From: a virus
Lineage: Duplodnaviria; Caudoviricetes
Reading direction: 5' to 3' (one strand)
DNA: 43,460 bases
IMG/VR virus record: IMGVR_UViG_3300020402_000137
Location: 1 to 43,460 of that record
Position numbers and translations under genes: made by a program
Shown here: positions 1 to 8,009 of the stretch, piece by piece
Position numbering within the stretch: the first letter of the stretch is position 1
How the letters are laid out: each line of letters opens with the position of its first letter
The notes under the pieces: model-generated
Databases searched by the model: none
The model's input: only the letters and a program-made list of their open reading frames with translations
Told to the model about the DNA's origin: nothing

Positions 1-302
1 GCTAACGAATGTTTCCTTTGTCTCGGATCGAGGAAACGACTCGTGACCAAAGTGTCAAATATTTTTTCTCTTTTGATTTTGGCATTGGTAAGTTTAGTGA
101 TAACTGGGTAGTCGAAGTTGAGTCCGTTGTGCATAACCAACCTGTCAGCTTCTTCCATAATTTTAATACCTTCGGATAAAGGTGGGTAATCCAAACTATC
201 TGCATATACAATTACATCTCCTTCCGTATCACCTATAGCGATACAATGAATTACTGACGCATCAATGTCGTCTGTTTCTATATCTACAATTTTAGTGTTC
301 AT
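1..302 (-). CDS. DNA polymerase family A, N-terminal 3'-5' exonuclease part (runs off the window edge; not in ORF track)
   Basis: Hand translation from ATG at 302: MNTKIVDIETDDIDASVIHCIAIGDTEGDVIVYADSLDYPPLSEGIKIMEEADRLVMHNGLNFDYPVITKLTNAKIKREKIFDTLVTSRFLDPRQRKHSL. Contains Exo I (DIET), Exo II (HNGxxFD) and the DTLVxSR...HSL motifs of T7 gp5-like polymerases. Confidence 0.92.
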   Translation of the reverse strand, partial: MNTKIVDIETDDIDASVIHCIAIGDTEGDVIVYADSLDYPPLSEGIKIMEEADRLVMHNGLNFDYPVITKLTNAKIKREKIFDTLVTSRFLDPRQRKHSL

Positions 303-585
303 CAAAATAGCCTTTCTCTTTGTTTGCGTGTACCGATCGATGACAATTACTACAAAGTAAAGAACACTTGTTAGCTTCATCAACTAAGTTGTTCCAACTT
401 GTCGCCGACATAGTTACTTTAGTTAATTTAAATTTTTTTGTTTTGGGATTACGATGGTGAAAATCAAAAGCTTCAGTAGGGAAAGTAAAACCGCAACGCT
501 CACAACGAGCGCCTTTCATTTCGACAAGCGCAGCTCGGCGCTTGGCGCGGAACTTTCTCCTACTATCTTTTGTCCATCCATTCAT
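292..585 (-). CDS. HNH endonuclease
   Basis: CERCG, FDFHHRNP and LLCSNCHRSVH give the Zn/HNH signature. Sits between primase/helicase and DNA polymerase. Confidence 0.85.
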   Translation of the reverse strand: MNGWTKDSRRKFRAKRRAALVEMKGARCERCGFTFPTEAFDFHHRNPKTKKFKLTKVTMSATSWNNLVDEANKCSLLCSNCHRSVHANKEKGYFDEH

Positions 586-2141
586 AATGGTAGTTCCGCA
601 TCATCAAATTCAGTTTCGGCTTCTAACAAACCTGTCGCTGAATTATAATTTAAGGAACATACATCTCCCGTTATGCCCGCGTGTCTATTCTTTAGACAAC
701 GAACTTTAATTTTGTTTTCACCCTCACTAGCGTTTCGAGAAACAGATAGTACAGAGTCTGATAGCTGACTTATAGATTGACTTCCTCGTAAAGAAGATAG
801 TGATGGTTCAAGTCCATCTTCAAATCCTTTGTCGCTTGTTGTTGGTCTTCGTAAATGACAAACTAAAAACAAAGAAACATTTGTTTGTTCTGTAAATGAT
901 CTAAGCTTAGTCATTACATAATCAATTTGTTTTCTTTCGTCACCACCGACAACCATAAACTCAGCGCCTGATAACAAGATACTTAAATGATCTAAGAATA
1001 AATATTGGACTCCACATCCAATAACCATATACTTTAATTTGTTTAATAAATTATCTGAATCTAAAGATCCAAAGTGATCATACAAATAAAAGTTTTCAGT
1101 TCCTAAAGTTTTATCAAACGCTAATCTTTTTTGCGCTTCGGACACTTCTTCCGAAAGATGCAAAGGCTTTTTGATAGCCATCGACATAAAGCGCAAACCT
1201 GTTCTTCCAAGAGATTCTTCCAAAGCCACATAGCCGACTTTTCGATTATGTCGTATAGCGCAATCATAAGCGATCTGAGCAACGAGAGTAGATTTTCCAA
1301 CACCACTTCCAGCCGTAATAGTGCATATTTCGCGCGCTCTAATACCATATAGTATTCTGTTAAAATCTTGAAACGGATATTCGATACCCTTCTCCATAGG
1401 TTTTCTAACATCTTCCCATATCTCCTTTCCATTTATTATGCCGTCAGGTCGTAACGGCTTTGCATTATAAACAGAGTTGACCAACTCCTTCACTCTATTC
1501 TGTTTTACCATTTCATTAATATCTTTCAATGGTAGAGCAACATTACTTGCTTTACCTGGTGAAAGTATTTCGCAACAATCTTTCGCAGCTTTCTGTCCTT
1601 GAGGATCATTATCAAATATAAATGTAACTTCCTCGAAGGACTCTAAAAAATCAATGTTTCTAGCAATAGCAGTTTTAGCTGATGGAGCGCCGTTAGGTAT
1701 ACTAACGACAGGCCAAGTAGGATTTACTTCATTATATGATAAGGCATCTATCTCACCTTCACATACAACAACACGCTTACCGCCTTCTTTCCATAGTTGT
1801 TGACCAAACAAACTTATGTCTTTGAAGTCTCCACGAGTTTCAAAATGTTTATTTGGAAATCTTAATTTCTGTCCTACCATCTTGCCGTCTTTATAATACG
1901 GCGCAATATGACAGGCTTTGCCTTTTACTTTTGATACCTTGTACCCAAATTTCTTACAGGTTGTTTCCGATATCTTTCTTTCTGTTAACGCGTGGAATTC
2001 TCCACCCTTAATTAAATCTGTTGGCATCACTACATCCTTGTTTGTTTTATATGTTTCACAGGAAAAACAAAAAGTGTGATCTCCGTAATCCGTTAGTGCA
2101 TCGCTTGATTCACAATCAGGACAAGGTAAATGTGTCTTCAT
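582..2141 (-). CDS. DNA primase/helicase (T7 gp4-like)
   Basis: N-terminal Zn finger CPDC...CFSC, TOPRIM EGEIDALS and FDND, Walker A GSGVGKST, FLDHL, LRGSQSISQLSD, KNRHAG. Confidence 0.97.
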   Translation of the reverse strand: MKTHLPCPDCESSDALTDYGDHTFCFSCETYKTNKDVVMPTDLIKGGEFHALTERKISETTCKKFGYKVSKVKGKACHIAPYYKDGKMVGQKLRFPNKHFETRGDFKDISLFGQQLWKEGGKRVVVCEGEIDALSYNEVNPTWPVVSIPNGAPSAKTAIARNIDFLESFEEVTFIFDNDPQGQKAAKDCCEILSPGKASNVALPLKDINEMVKQNRVKELVNSVYNAKPLRPDGIINGKEIWEDVRKPMEKGIEYPFQDFNRILYGIRAREICTITAGSGVGKSTLVAQIAYDCAIRHNRKVGYVALEESLGRTGLRFMSMAIKKPLHLSEEVSEAQKRLAFDKTLGTENFYLYDHFGSLDSDNLLNKLKYMVIGCGVQYLFLDHLSILLSGAEFMVVGGDERKQIDYVMTKLRSFTEQTNVSLFLVCHLRRPTTSDKGFEDGLEPSLSSLRGSQSISQLSDSVLSVSRNASEGENKIKVRCLKNRHAGITGDVCSLNYNSATGLLEAETEFDDAELPL

Positions 2142-2596
2142 ACTTTAGTCATCTCCTTATAGGTTATTATTATTTTTGGCTGCTCATTGTCTTCAACGAA
2201 CCGCTTGACTACTTCGAGTAAAACAATTTGATCATCGTCTCCCCAAAAAGACCCTTGGCTTGTAAGACAATCCAATGGCCCTTTCGCGAAGTTATCTACA
2301 TCGCCACGAGGGAATAATCTTTCGATAGTTTTAGGTCGAGGACAAATAATCTCTACCAAGGCAATTATCGGGCCAAACAATTTTTTTCCCTTGTGACTAT
2401 GTATTTCGTTTCGGACATCCCTACGAAATCTTTCGTAGTTCTTTCCGTAATATGTTCCCCACTTAGTCACCCGTGGGCGAGACGCGGGAACAGGATTAAC
2501 ATTAATCACAAATTCATTCGCGCCTTCGCCCATCAGTTTTTTAAAACTCGATATAAATTTAGATGTTGATATCGAAGTCTTTGTCTTTTTGGTCAT
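2138..2596 (-). CDS. RusA-family Holliday junction resolvase
   Basis: PVPASRPR, GDVDNFAKGPLD and DDDQIV motifs. Occupies the position of T7 gp3 endonuclease. Start uncertain. Confidence 0.85.
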   Translation of the reverse strand: MTKKTKTSISTSKFISSFKKLMGEGANEFVINVNPVPASRPRVTKWGTYYGKNYERFRRDVRNEIHSHKGKKLFGPIIALVEIICPRPKTIERLFPRGDVDNFAKGPLDCLTSQGSFWGDDDQIVLLEVVKRFVEDNEQPKIIITYKEMTKV

Positions 2597-3119
2597 CGTG
2601 ATCTTCCTTTACTTCTACATCATTGAAGTCGTTGGAAGGACTACCGCCGAAGTTACGCTTTTCAACAAGCATAACATTTCTTAGTTGAGCAGTCACACCA
2701 CGATTACCCCCCGCATTATACGGAACGAGAGCAAACGAAGCTTTAATAAGGTCTCCCGACGCGGGAAATTCTTCTTCGCCTAGCGCTTGCTTTTTAGCAT
2801 CAACAAATCCAGGTTGATACTTCGTCTTTGCAGTAATCATAACTTTGTCTGCAAATTCTTCTTTGTCAGTATCGTTACCATCTTTAAAACAATAACGAAT
2901 ATTCTTTGGAAGTTTATCCCATTCGGACTCGGCTGCCTTCTTGGATTTCGCTCTAACATTTTCAATGAAATCCGAAACGCCTTCTTGTTTAGGATCAAGC
3001 ACAAGTGTTACCTTATACTTTCCGTCTGAAAATTCCTGTCCTTCATCAGGTTTTGCTAACCAAGCGTAAGCTGCGGTTGCCGTCGGTGAGACTACTATAT
3101 CTCTTTGTACTTTTGCCAT
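2559..3119 (-). CDS. Single-stranded DNA-binding protein (gp2.5-like)
   Basis: YAWLAKPD...GKYKVTL and GVTAQLRNV motifs, acidic C-terminal tail, canonical position after RNAP. Confidence 0.88.
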   Translation of the reverse strand: MAKVQRDIVVSPTATAAYAWLAKPDEGQEFSDGKYKVTLVLDPKQEGVSDFIENVRAKSKKAAESEWDKLPKNIRYCFKDGNDTDKEEFADKVMITAKTKYQPGFVDAKKQALGEEEFPASGDLIKASFALVPYNAGGNRGVTAQLRNVMLVEKRNFGGSPSNDFNDVEVKEDHDDQKDKDFDINI

Positions 3120-3136
3120 ACTATGTTTTCTCCTTG

Positions 3137-3334
3137 TTAGTGTATAGTTTCATTACAGGGTAAATGATAAAGCATCTCATCCATAAGATGATCAACATCA
3201 ATACCCTCACTTTGTAGTTTAATTGTCTTATCTACTGACAAGACACCCAACCTTGAGAATTCTTTGAACGCATCAAGGATTAACATTTCTAAAGCCAACG
3301 AGTGTTCTACATTGAATTTAGATGTCTTGGGCAT
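3137..3334 (-). CDS. Hypothetical protein
   Basis: 65-aa ORF filling the RNAP-SSB gap. Its ATG lies inside the repeated 24-bp motif, so the start is uncertain. Confidence 0.6.
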   Translation of the reverse strand: MPKTSKFNVEHSLALEMLILDAFKEFSRLGVLSVDKTIKLQSEGIDVDHLMDEMLYHLPCNETIH

Positions 3335-3351
3335 AAGGATGCTCTAAATAA
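3328..3351 (-). promoter_or_regulatory. Putative phage RNAP promoter TTATTTAGAGCATCCTTATGCCCA
   Basis: Exact 24-bp copy of 7235-7258, placed immediately after the RNAP stop codon like T7 phi1.1. Confidence 0.7.
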
Positions 3352-5850
3352 TTACGCGAAAAAATACTCTGCATTTCTTACCTCGTTAATATCAAACTCA
3401 CCTTGTTTTGGTGGGTCAGGTAATTCTACTTTACCATTTGCAAAAGAACTTTCAACAAATGGATGAAATTCATCTCGTAACCAATCACCCTTAAACATCT
3501 CAACCGCCGTTTCTCTAATAGTATCTCGCAGTATATCCACATAACAAGGATGCACTCCGAAACTATCGTGTACCGCAGCGATATATTGAATTCCTTTTTT
3601 ATTTAATTTACAGACAACGGATTGTAATAGACTTGCGTCTAATGAATGTATGACATTCGGCGAACTAGATAACATTTGTTTTCTAGAATTTAATCCACCG
3701 CCTACAGGATTTTCATCCCACATAAAATAAGACCCCATAACCGTCTTTACATCAGACTTTGCTATGTTCCAATAAGATTGTTGAACAAGACTTCCCGTTG
3801 GTGTTTTCCATTGTAACGGATAGTCAAACTCTGCAAGAGCCGTGGCGACATCTTGAAAGTATTGCATTATAGGTCTCGATGCTACGACGGTTTTTTCAAG
3901 AGCAATAATTAATTTGTCTCTCAAGTATGCAGCATTTTCTAAACGCGTACCGCCTTTTAACTTATCAACAAAGCCATCACTAATAAGTTGATCTTGTATA
4001 CCACGCGGAGTCACACCATAACTTGTAGTCATCGTGGCTCTCTTTGCAGTTTTACGATTGATGTTACCAACCCAACGCTTTGCCTGTGTTAGATTCTTAC
4101 CATTCTTTATATCTTCATTGACTAATTCTTTTACAACTTCAGCAACATTTGTATATATGTCGTAGCGTTGTGGATCAGAACTACAATTAGTTAACCTTGC
4201 GCCTACAGGATCTCGACCAATAAGACTTAAAATTTGTAAACCATTGTTACTGCCGTCTTGGTGTACAATTATATTAGACATATACTTTTCAGGATTATCG
4301 ACATTGATTGCGTTTCGATATTCCTGACAAGCCTGTAAAAATTCTAATTCTTTATCAGCAGTTGCCCAAAATTTATTGCCGTCAAAAGGTTGAGCTGCAC
4401 TATCAAGTATCTCTTCCTTGTTATCTTTTACCCACACTTGCATATCTTCAAATGTACCTTTGTCATATCCATAAGTGTTTGCAAGTTTAACACCAAGCCA
4501 AAACAACCCGCGCTCTCCAAGTGGATATCTATCTGCAAATCTCATCGTACCTCTACCGAGACTATCAGATTGCGGATTCCAATCAGGCGTCACATAATAC
4601 ATTCTTGTCCTGGAATCACACTTGATAACATTGTAGACCGCCTTGTCACCAATGTGATCCATTAGTTTTATTTTTCTGATAACGGCTTCACGCTTTGACA
4701 TCTCTTGTGCATTGCGTCCGTGTATCTTTGATAAATTGTATTTGTATTCTGCCCGTTGCACCTTATCCATTTTCTCCCACACATCGTCACTTAGTTTTGG
4801 TGGTAGTTTTTCTGCGTTAGGTGAAGGCATACATTCAACTAAATTTAAATCATTATCGTAAACTTCACGCGCAACTTCTTTGATGTCCGTGTCCACAATG
4901 AATGGCACTTGTCCTAAGTAGTTTGCTGCGGTGATTGTAGTTTTCGATAATGGGTCATCAAGTGACGCCGTGTGTTTGTGTAAACCACCACGAATAAAAT
5001 CAATTGGTATCATATAATAACCGCCGTCATATCTTTTGTTTTCTTTATGCCAATACCAATGTCTCGGCGGTATAATCATTGGTCGCAATGTAGGACTATT
5101 GTATCCAATATCATTATTAATATCTTCAATCATTTTTCTACATTCAGGCGACAAGAATATTTGTCGTTCAGTTTTATTTCTTATTTGTACATAACGCATC
5201 TCAAAGAAACCGCCTGACTCTTCGATCAGGATAGACAATAACTTAGATCCTATGTGCATCTTTGTATCTCGACGCCAATCTAAAGTTTCAATTGCTTTTA
5301 ACTTTCGTGTCCAATTACCCCATTGCCTTTGATTAAAATTTTTAGCCGTTCTAATTAGTCTAGCTGCAACATCAGGCGTACCTGTAGTTTTACTTTGTTG
5401 CTTACTTTCTCGTAACCACTTCTCGAATTCCATTTGTTGTTTGGTTGCCAATCCAATGTTCAAACATATTGTACGCGCGGGTCTGCCAAGGCCATTGTCA
5501 GACATACGAATAGACAATAAATTTTTGATAGCAAGATAGGCAAGCTTGTCAGCTTCTACTTGTGGTAAATACCACCACCAAACAGGGCGCACTCCGCGCC
5601 CCGCATTGGCGATACCTTCAATTGCAATCTCTTGTTCTCTTTTGATTGCGGGTATCAGGAGCGACATCTGTTCTTTAAATATCTCTCGACCAACCCCTGT
5701 ATCGACTAGCCTTGTTTCTTTATCAACCAACAAGCGTCTAAACTTTTCGACGCCTTCGTTGATTGCAGCCATTTCAAACTTTACCTGTTCTTTTTCATCG
5801 GTCATTACCTCGGAAAGAACTTTTGTTAATTGAGTTTGCATATCTGACAT
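3352..5850 (-). CDS. Single-subunit DNA-directed RNA polymerase (T7 gp1-like)
   Basis: Motif A HQDGSNNGLQ, motif B RKTAKRATMTTSYG, PNVIHSLDA, motif C VHDSFG, C-terminal YFFA. Confidence 0.98.
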   Translation of the reverse strand: MSDMQTQLTKVLSEVMTDEKEQVKFEMAAINEGVEKFRRLLVDKETRLVDTGVGREIFKEQMSLLIPAIKREQEIAIEGIANAGRGVRPVWWWYLPQVEADKLAYLAIKNLLSIRMSDNGLGRPARTICLNIGLATKQQMEFEKWLRESKQQSKTTGTPDVAARLIRTAKNFNQRQWGNWTRKLKAIETLDWRRDTKMHIGSKLLSILIEESGGFFEMRYVQIRNKTERQIFLSPECRKMIEDINNDIGYNSPTLRPMIIPPRHWYWHKENKRYDGGYYMIPIDFIRGGLHKHTASLDDPLSKTTITAANYLGQVPFIVDTDIKEVAREVYDNDLNLVECMPSPNAEKLPPKLSDDVWEKMDKVQRAEYKYNLSKIHGRNAQEMSKREAVIRKIKLMDHIGDKAVYNVIKCDSRTRMYYVTPDWNPQSDSLGRGTMRFADRYPLGERGLFWLGVKLANTYGYDKGTFEDMQVWVKDNKEEILDSAAQPFDGNKFWATADKELEFLQACQEYRNAINVDNPEKYMSNIIVHQDGSNNGLQILSLIGRDPVGARLTNCSSDPQRYDIYTNVAEVVKELVNEDIKNGKNLTQAKRWVGNINRKTAKRATMTTSYGVTPRGIQDQLISDGFVDKLKGGTRLENAAYLRDKLIIALEKTVVASRPIMQYFQDVATALAEFDYPLQWKTPTGSLVQQSYWNIAKSDVKTVMGSYFMWDENPVGGGLNSRKQMLSSSPNVIHSLDASLLQSVVCKLNKKGIQYIAAVHDSFGVHPCYVDILRDTIRETAVEMFKGDWLRDEFHPFVESSFANGKVELPDPPKQGEFDINEVRNAEYFFA

Positions 5851-6086
5851 TACTTTCTCCCTCGTTCTAGCGTTGCTTGGATTAGCTGACGAATATCATT
5901 TGACGATTGTTGATATTGTTTCTTCCAATTTCTAGATCGAAAATAAAAAAATAAAATTAATCCAGGCTGAATGATAATAAACAACCACACATTAATTTCT
6001 TCGTATGAAAGACCTGTCATTGCTGACAGATCGCGCAGCAATTGGATACACCAATTACACACGCTAACCATTATCTCTTGATACAT
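5850..6086 (-). CDS. Small predicted membrane protein
   Basis: Hydrophobic segment INVWLFIIIQPGLILFFYF. Overlaps both the integrase and RNAP genes (TAATG coupling with RNAP). Confidence 0.7.
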   Translation of the reverse strand: MYQEIMVSVCNWCIQLLRDLSAMTGLSYEEINVWLFIIIQPGLILFFYFRSRNWKKQYQQSSNDIRQLIQATLERGRK

Positions 6087-7140
6087 TCGCGCTCCTTTGA
6101 TTTAAGATTTCAGTTGCCTTTCGTGACTCAACAGACGGCACTAAATGTGCATATCGTTGAGACATCTGTTCGTTCTTGTGACCAAGTAATTTACTGACAG
6201 AATATAAAGACATACCACCTTGCACCAATCGTGATGCAAAAGTATGTCTGAATGAATGACAGGTAAATTTCCCGTATCGATCAACAAGAGTTTTTTCGTT
6301 TAATCCTGAAGCTTCGATCGCATTCTTAATTACCCGTGTTGAATAACCACGAGGATTGCCGATCGTTCTCGAAGGAAAAACAAAACCGCTGCACTTATTG
6401 TCAAATCGTTTTGTCAGTATTTTTCTGACTCGTTCAGTACAATATATGATACCTTCGTTTGCCACTTTCGATCTATATAAATTGATCCATTGGAATTCCT
6501 TATCAACAGAATTCCAGGGCAAACTAGCAATCTCATTGTACCTTGCGCCTGTATCAATCAAAAAGACAACCAAGTCTTTTGAATCACCTTCAGGCAGATT
6601 AGACAATAACCTTTCCTCTTCGCCTTCTAAAAGATATCTAGTCTTTTGTTCGACGAAAAGTTTTAAGTCTTTAAAGTTTTCGTTTGGCACATTGCAGTTA
6701 TAATCGTTCCGTGCCTTATTGTATACACATATCCAAAAAGTTATTTCATTGTTAATAGTCGAATGTTTTAACCCCTCGAATAGTCTTTTGTTTTTCAGCG
6801 TCAATAACCACATACGATTTAACCTTGATATCGGTTGGTCTCCGTCGTTGTGATTTAATTTGTTTAAATAAACTTGATAGTCTTTGCCCGCCGACTTACC
6901 GAGCGCAATAGTGTCTTCAATGTATTGTCTTGCTGCGCCCGCAATAGTCATACTTTTGTAGTTTTTTAGTTGAACTTCATCCAACTTCTGTTTGTTCTGT
7001 TGTCTGAACACAGACAAAGCTTCAGACTTCACTCGTCTCTTTGTACTCTGTTTGTGATATCTGACGATATTCCCTCTGTCATCAACTACAGGCAATGACA
7101 TCCAATAGTACGGACTATCGTTTCTCTTATATACTGACAT
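6064..7140 (-). CDS. int: Tyrosine integrase/recombinase
   Basis: Catalytic residues in TGARYNE, SKV, HSFRH and LLGH...MSQRYAH. N-terminal arm-binding-like YKRNDSPYYW. Confidence 0.95.
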   Translation of the reverse strand: MSVYKRNDSPYYWMSLPVVDDRGNIVRYHKQSTKRRVKSEALSVFRQQNKQKLDEVQLKNYKSMTIAGAARQYIEDTIALGKSAGKDYQVYLNKLNHNDGDQPISRLNRMWLLTLKNKRLFEGLKHSTINNEITFWICVYNKARNDYNCNVPNENFKDLKLFVEQKTRYLLEGEEERLLSNLPEGDSKDLVVFLIDTGARYNEIASLPWNSVDKEFQWINLYRSKVANEGIIYCTERVRKILTKRFDNKCSGFVFPSRTIGNPRGYSTRVIKNAIEASGLNEKTLVDRYGKFTCHSFRHTFASRLVQGGMSLYSVSKLLGHKNEQMSQRYAHLVPSVESRKATEILNQRSANVSRDNG

Positions 7141-7171
7141 TCGTTTGTCCTTTCGTTTGCTTAATGTAAAA

Positions 7172-7245
7172 CCTTATGTCCAATGGTGAGACCATAGGTA
7201 TACTATAAGTCTATAGTACACTATAGCCCCCCAATGGGCATAAGG
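7172..7245 (-). other. Long imperfect hairpin in the integrase leader (candidate RNase III site or attP-related structure)
   Basis: The minus-strand sequence CCUUAUGCCCAUUGGGGGGCUAUAGUGUACUAUA-GACU-UAUAGUAUACCUAUGGUCUCACCAUUGGACAUAAGG pairs over roughly 32 bp, with G.U wobbles and two single-base bulges. Confidence 0.75.
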
Positions 7246-7258
7246 ATGCTCTAAATAA
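7235..7258 (-). promoter_or_regulatory. Putative phage RNAP promoter (identical to 3328-3351)
   Basis: Exact 24-bp direct repeat upstream of int and RNAP. Confidence 0.65.
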
Positions 7259-7382
7259 CCACGAGAAGTGTTGCAAAAATGCAACAGACCAGGAATACAT
7301 AACGCCATTCAAAAATTGGATACAATGGCATTCTGTAGTGAAGCTTCTCGTGGAATCTTTTGTATAGATTATTATTATCCAT
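7251..7382 (-). CDS. 43-aa small membrane protein (not in ORF track)
   Basis: MDNNNLYKRFHEKLHYRMPLYPIFEWRYVFLVCCIFATLLVVI. AGGAG RBS 6 nt before ATG and a hydrophobic C-terminus. Confidence 0.7.
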   Translation of the reverse strand: MDNNNLYKRFHEKLHYRMPLYPIFEWRYVFLVCCIFATLLVVI

Positions 7383-7402
7383 ATCGACTCCTGTTTATTC
7401 CG

Positions 7403-7594
7403 TTAACCTTCGAGAATTCGTTTCCAAGCTGCGCGTACTCGCTCTTGTTCGTCATCAGCATTTGACGGCAAACATTCGGCAGTTGCATCACAAAATTCTT
7501 CGACGACTTTTGAGATTATTTTGACCGCTTGTTGCCATTCCATACGCTCGCTTGAACCCTTCCCAAAGCGGACAGGGTTTCCGCTATCTTTCAT
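7403..7594 (-). CDS. Hypothetical early protein
   Basis: ORF track 7403..7609. The ATG at 7594 follows a GAGGTG RBS, so it is the more likely start. Confidence 0.7.
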   Translation of the reverse strand: MKDSGNPVRFGKGSSERMEWQQAVKIISKVVEEFCDATAECLPSNADDEQERVRAAWKRILEG

Positions 7595-7622
7595 TACCAA
7601 TAAAATCACCTCGCTTTCGGTT

Positions 7623-7679
7623 AGTTACGGACGCGGACTTTCGCCCGCGTTTCGTCCTTATGGACTCGTCAGCGTAACC
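7623..7679 (-). ncRNA. Type I hammerhead ribozyme (HH3)
   Basis: GGUUACG-CUGACGA-GUCC(AUAA)GGAC-GAAA-CGCGGGC(GAAA)GUCCGCG-UC-CGUAACU. All core nucleotides and all three stems are intact. Predicted cleavage after GUC, between 7630 and 7629. Confidence 0.93.
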
Positions 7680-7846
7680 TTTTGATCGACTACATCGACC
7701 GCCTTTTTGTTCATCAAAATTTGATTACAAAGAAAGGCTAAAAGTTTGTCAGACTCTGACCAATGTTTAGTCTCCTGAATCTTGGTTTGTGTAATATCCA
7801 AGTCTAGCAGGATTCTTAGCTTTACTTTTTTCTTAGTCGAACTCAT
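7658..7846 (-). CDS. Hypothetical early protein
   Basis: 62 aa with a GAGGTG RBS. Last codons and stop lie inside hammerhead HH3. Confidence 0.7.
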   Translation of the reverse strand: MSSTKKKVKLRILLDLDITQTKIQETKHWSESDKLLAFLCNQILMNKKAVDVVDQKVTLTSP

Positions 7847-8009
7847 CCGTAATCACCTCGCTTTCTTCCATTTCGTCTTCGGGTTGTCCGTTCTTTTCGT
7901 CTTCCGTTTCGTCTAACTTTTTACGGAAAAATTTTAAGGTCTCTTCGACATCGATAACTACTCTATCGTTGTCGTCGAGACCCCAAAATACTCGTTGTTT
8001 TATGTGCAT
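7833..8009 (-). CDS. 58-aa highly acidic early protein (not in ORF track)
   Basis: MHIKQRVFWGLDDNDRVVIDVEETLKFFRKKLDETEDEKNGQPEDEMEESEVITDEFD. GAAGGAG RBS; fills the gap between the methyltransferase and the next ORF. Confidence 0.75.
   Translation of the reverse strand: MHIKQRVFWGLDDNDRVVIDVEETLKFFRKKLDETEDEKNGQPEDEMEESEVITDEFD

Noticed and set aside
2-211. 69-aa minus-strand ORF from the track
   Set aside because: Out-of-frame shadow of the DNA polymerase N-terminus starting at 302, which carries the real exonuclease motifs.
292-585. HNH gene as an intron-encoded homing endonuclease
   Set aside because: It is free-standing between an intact helicase end and the polymerase start, with no room for intron structure.
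7172-7258. Possible dif/XerCD site or tRNA-derived att core
   Set aside because: GCATAA resembles part of a Xer arm, but there is no second arm at 6-bp spacing and no T-loop/acceptor-stem sequence was recognisable.
7604-7865. 15-bp repeat AATCACCTCGCTTTC at about 7604 and 7851
   Set aside because: Best explained as a reused ribosome-binding leader (GAAAGCGAGGTGATT) in front of two adjacent genes.
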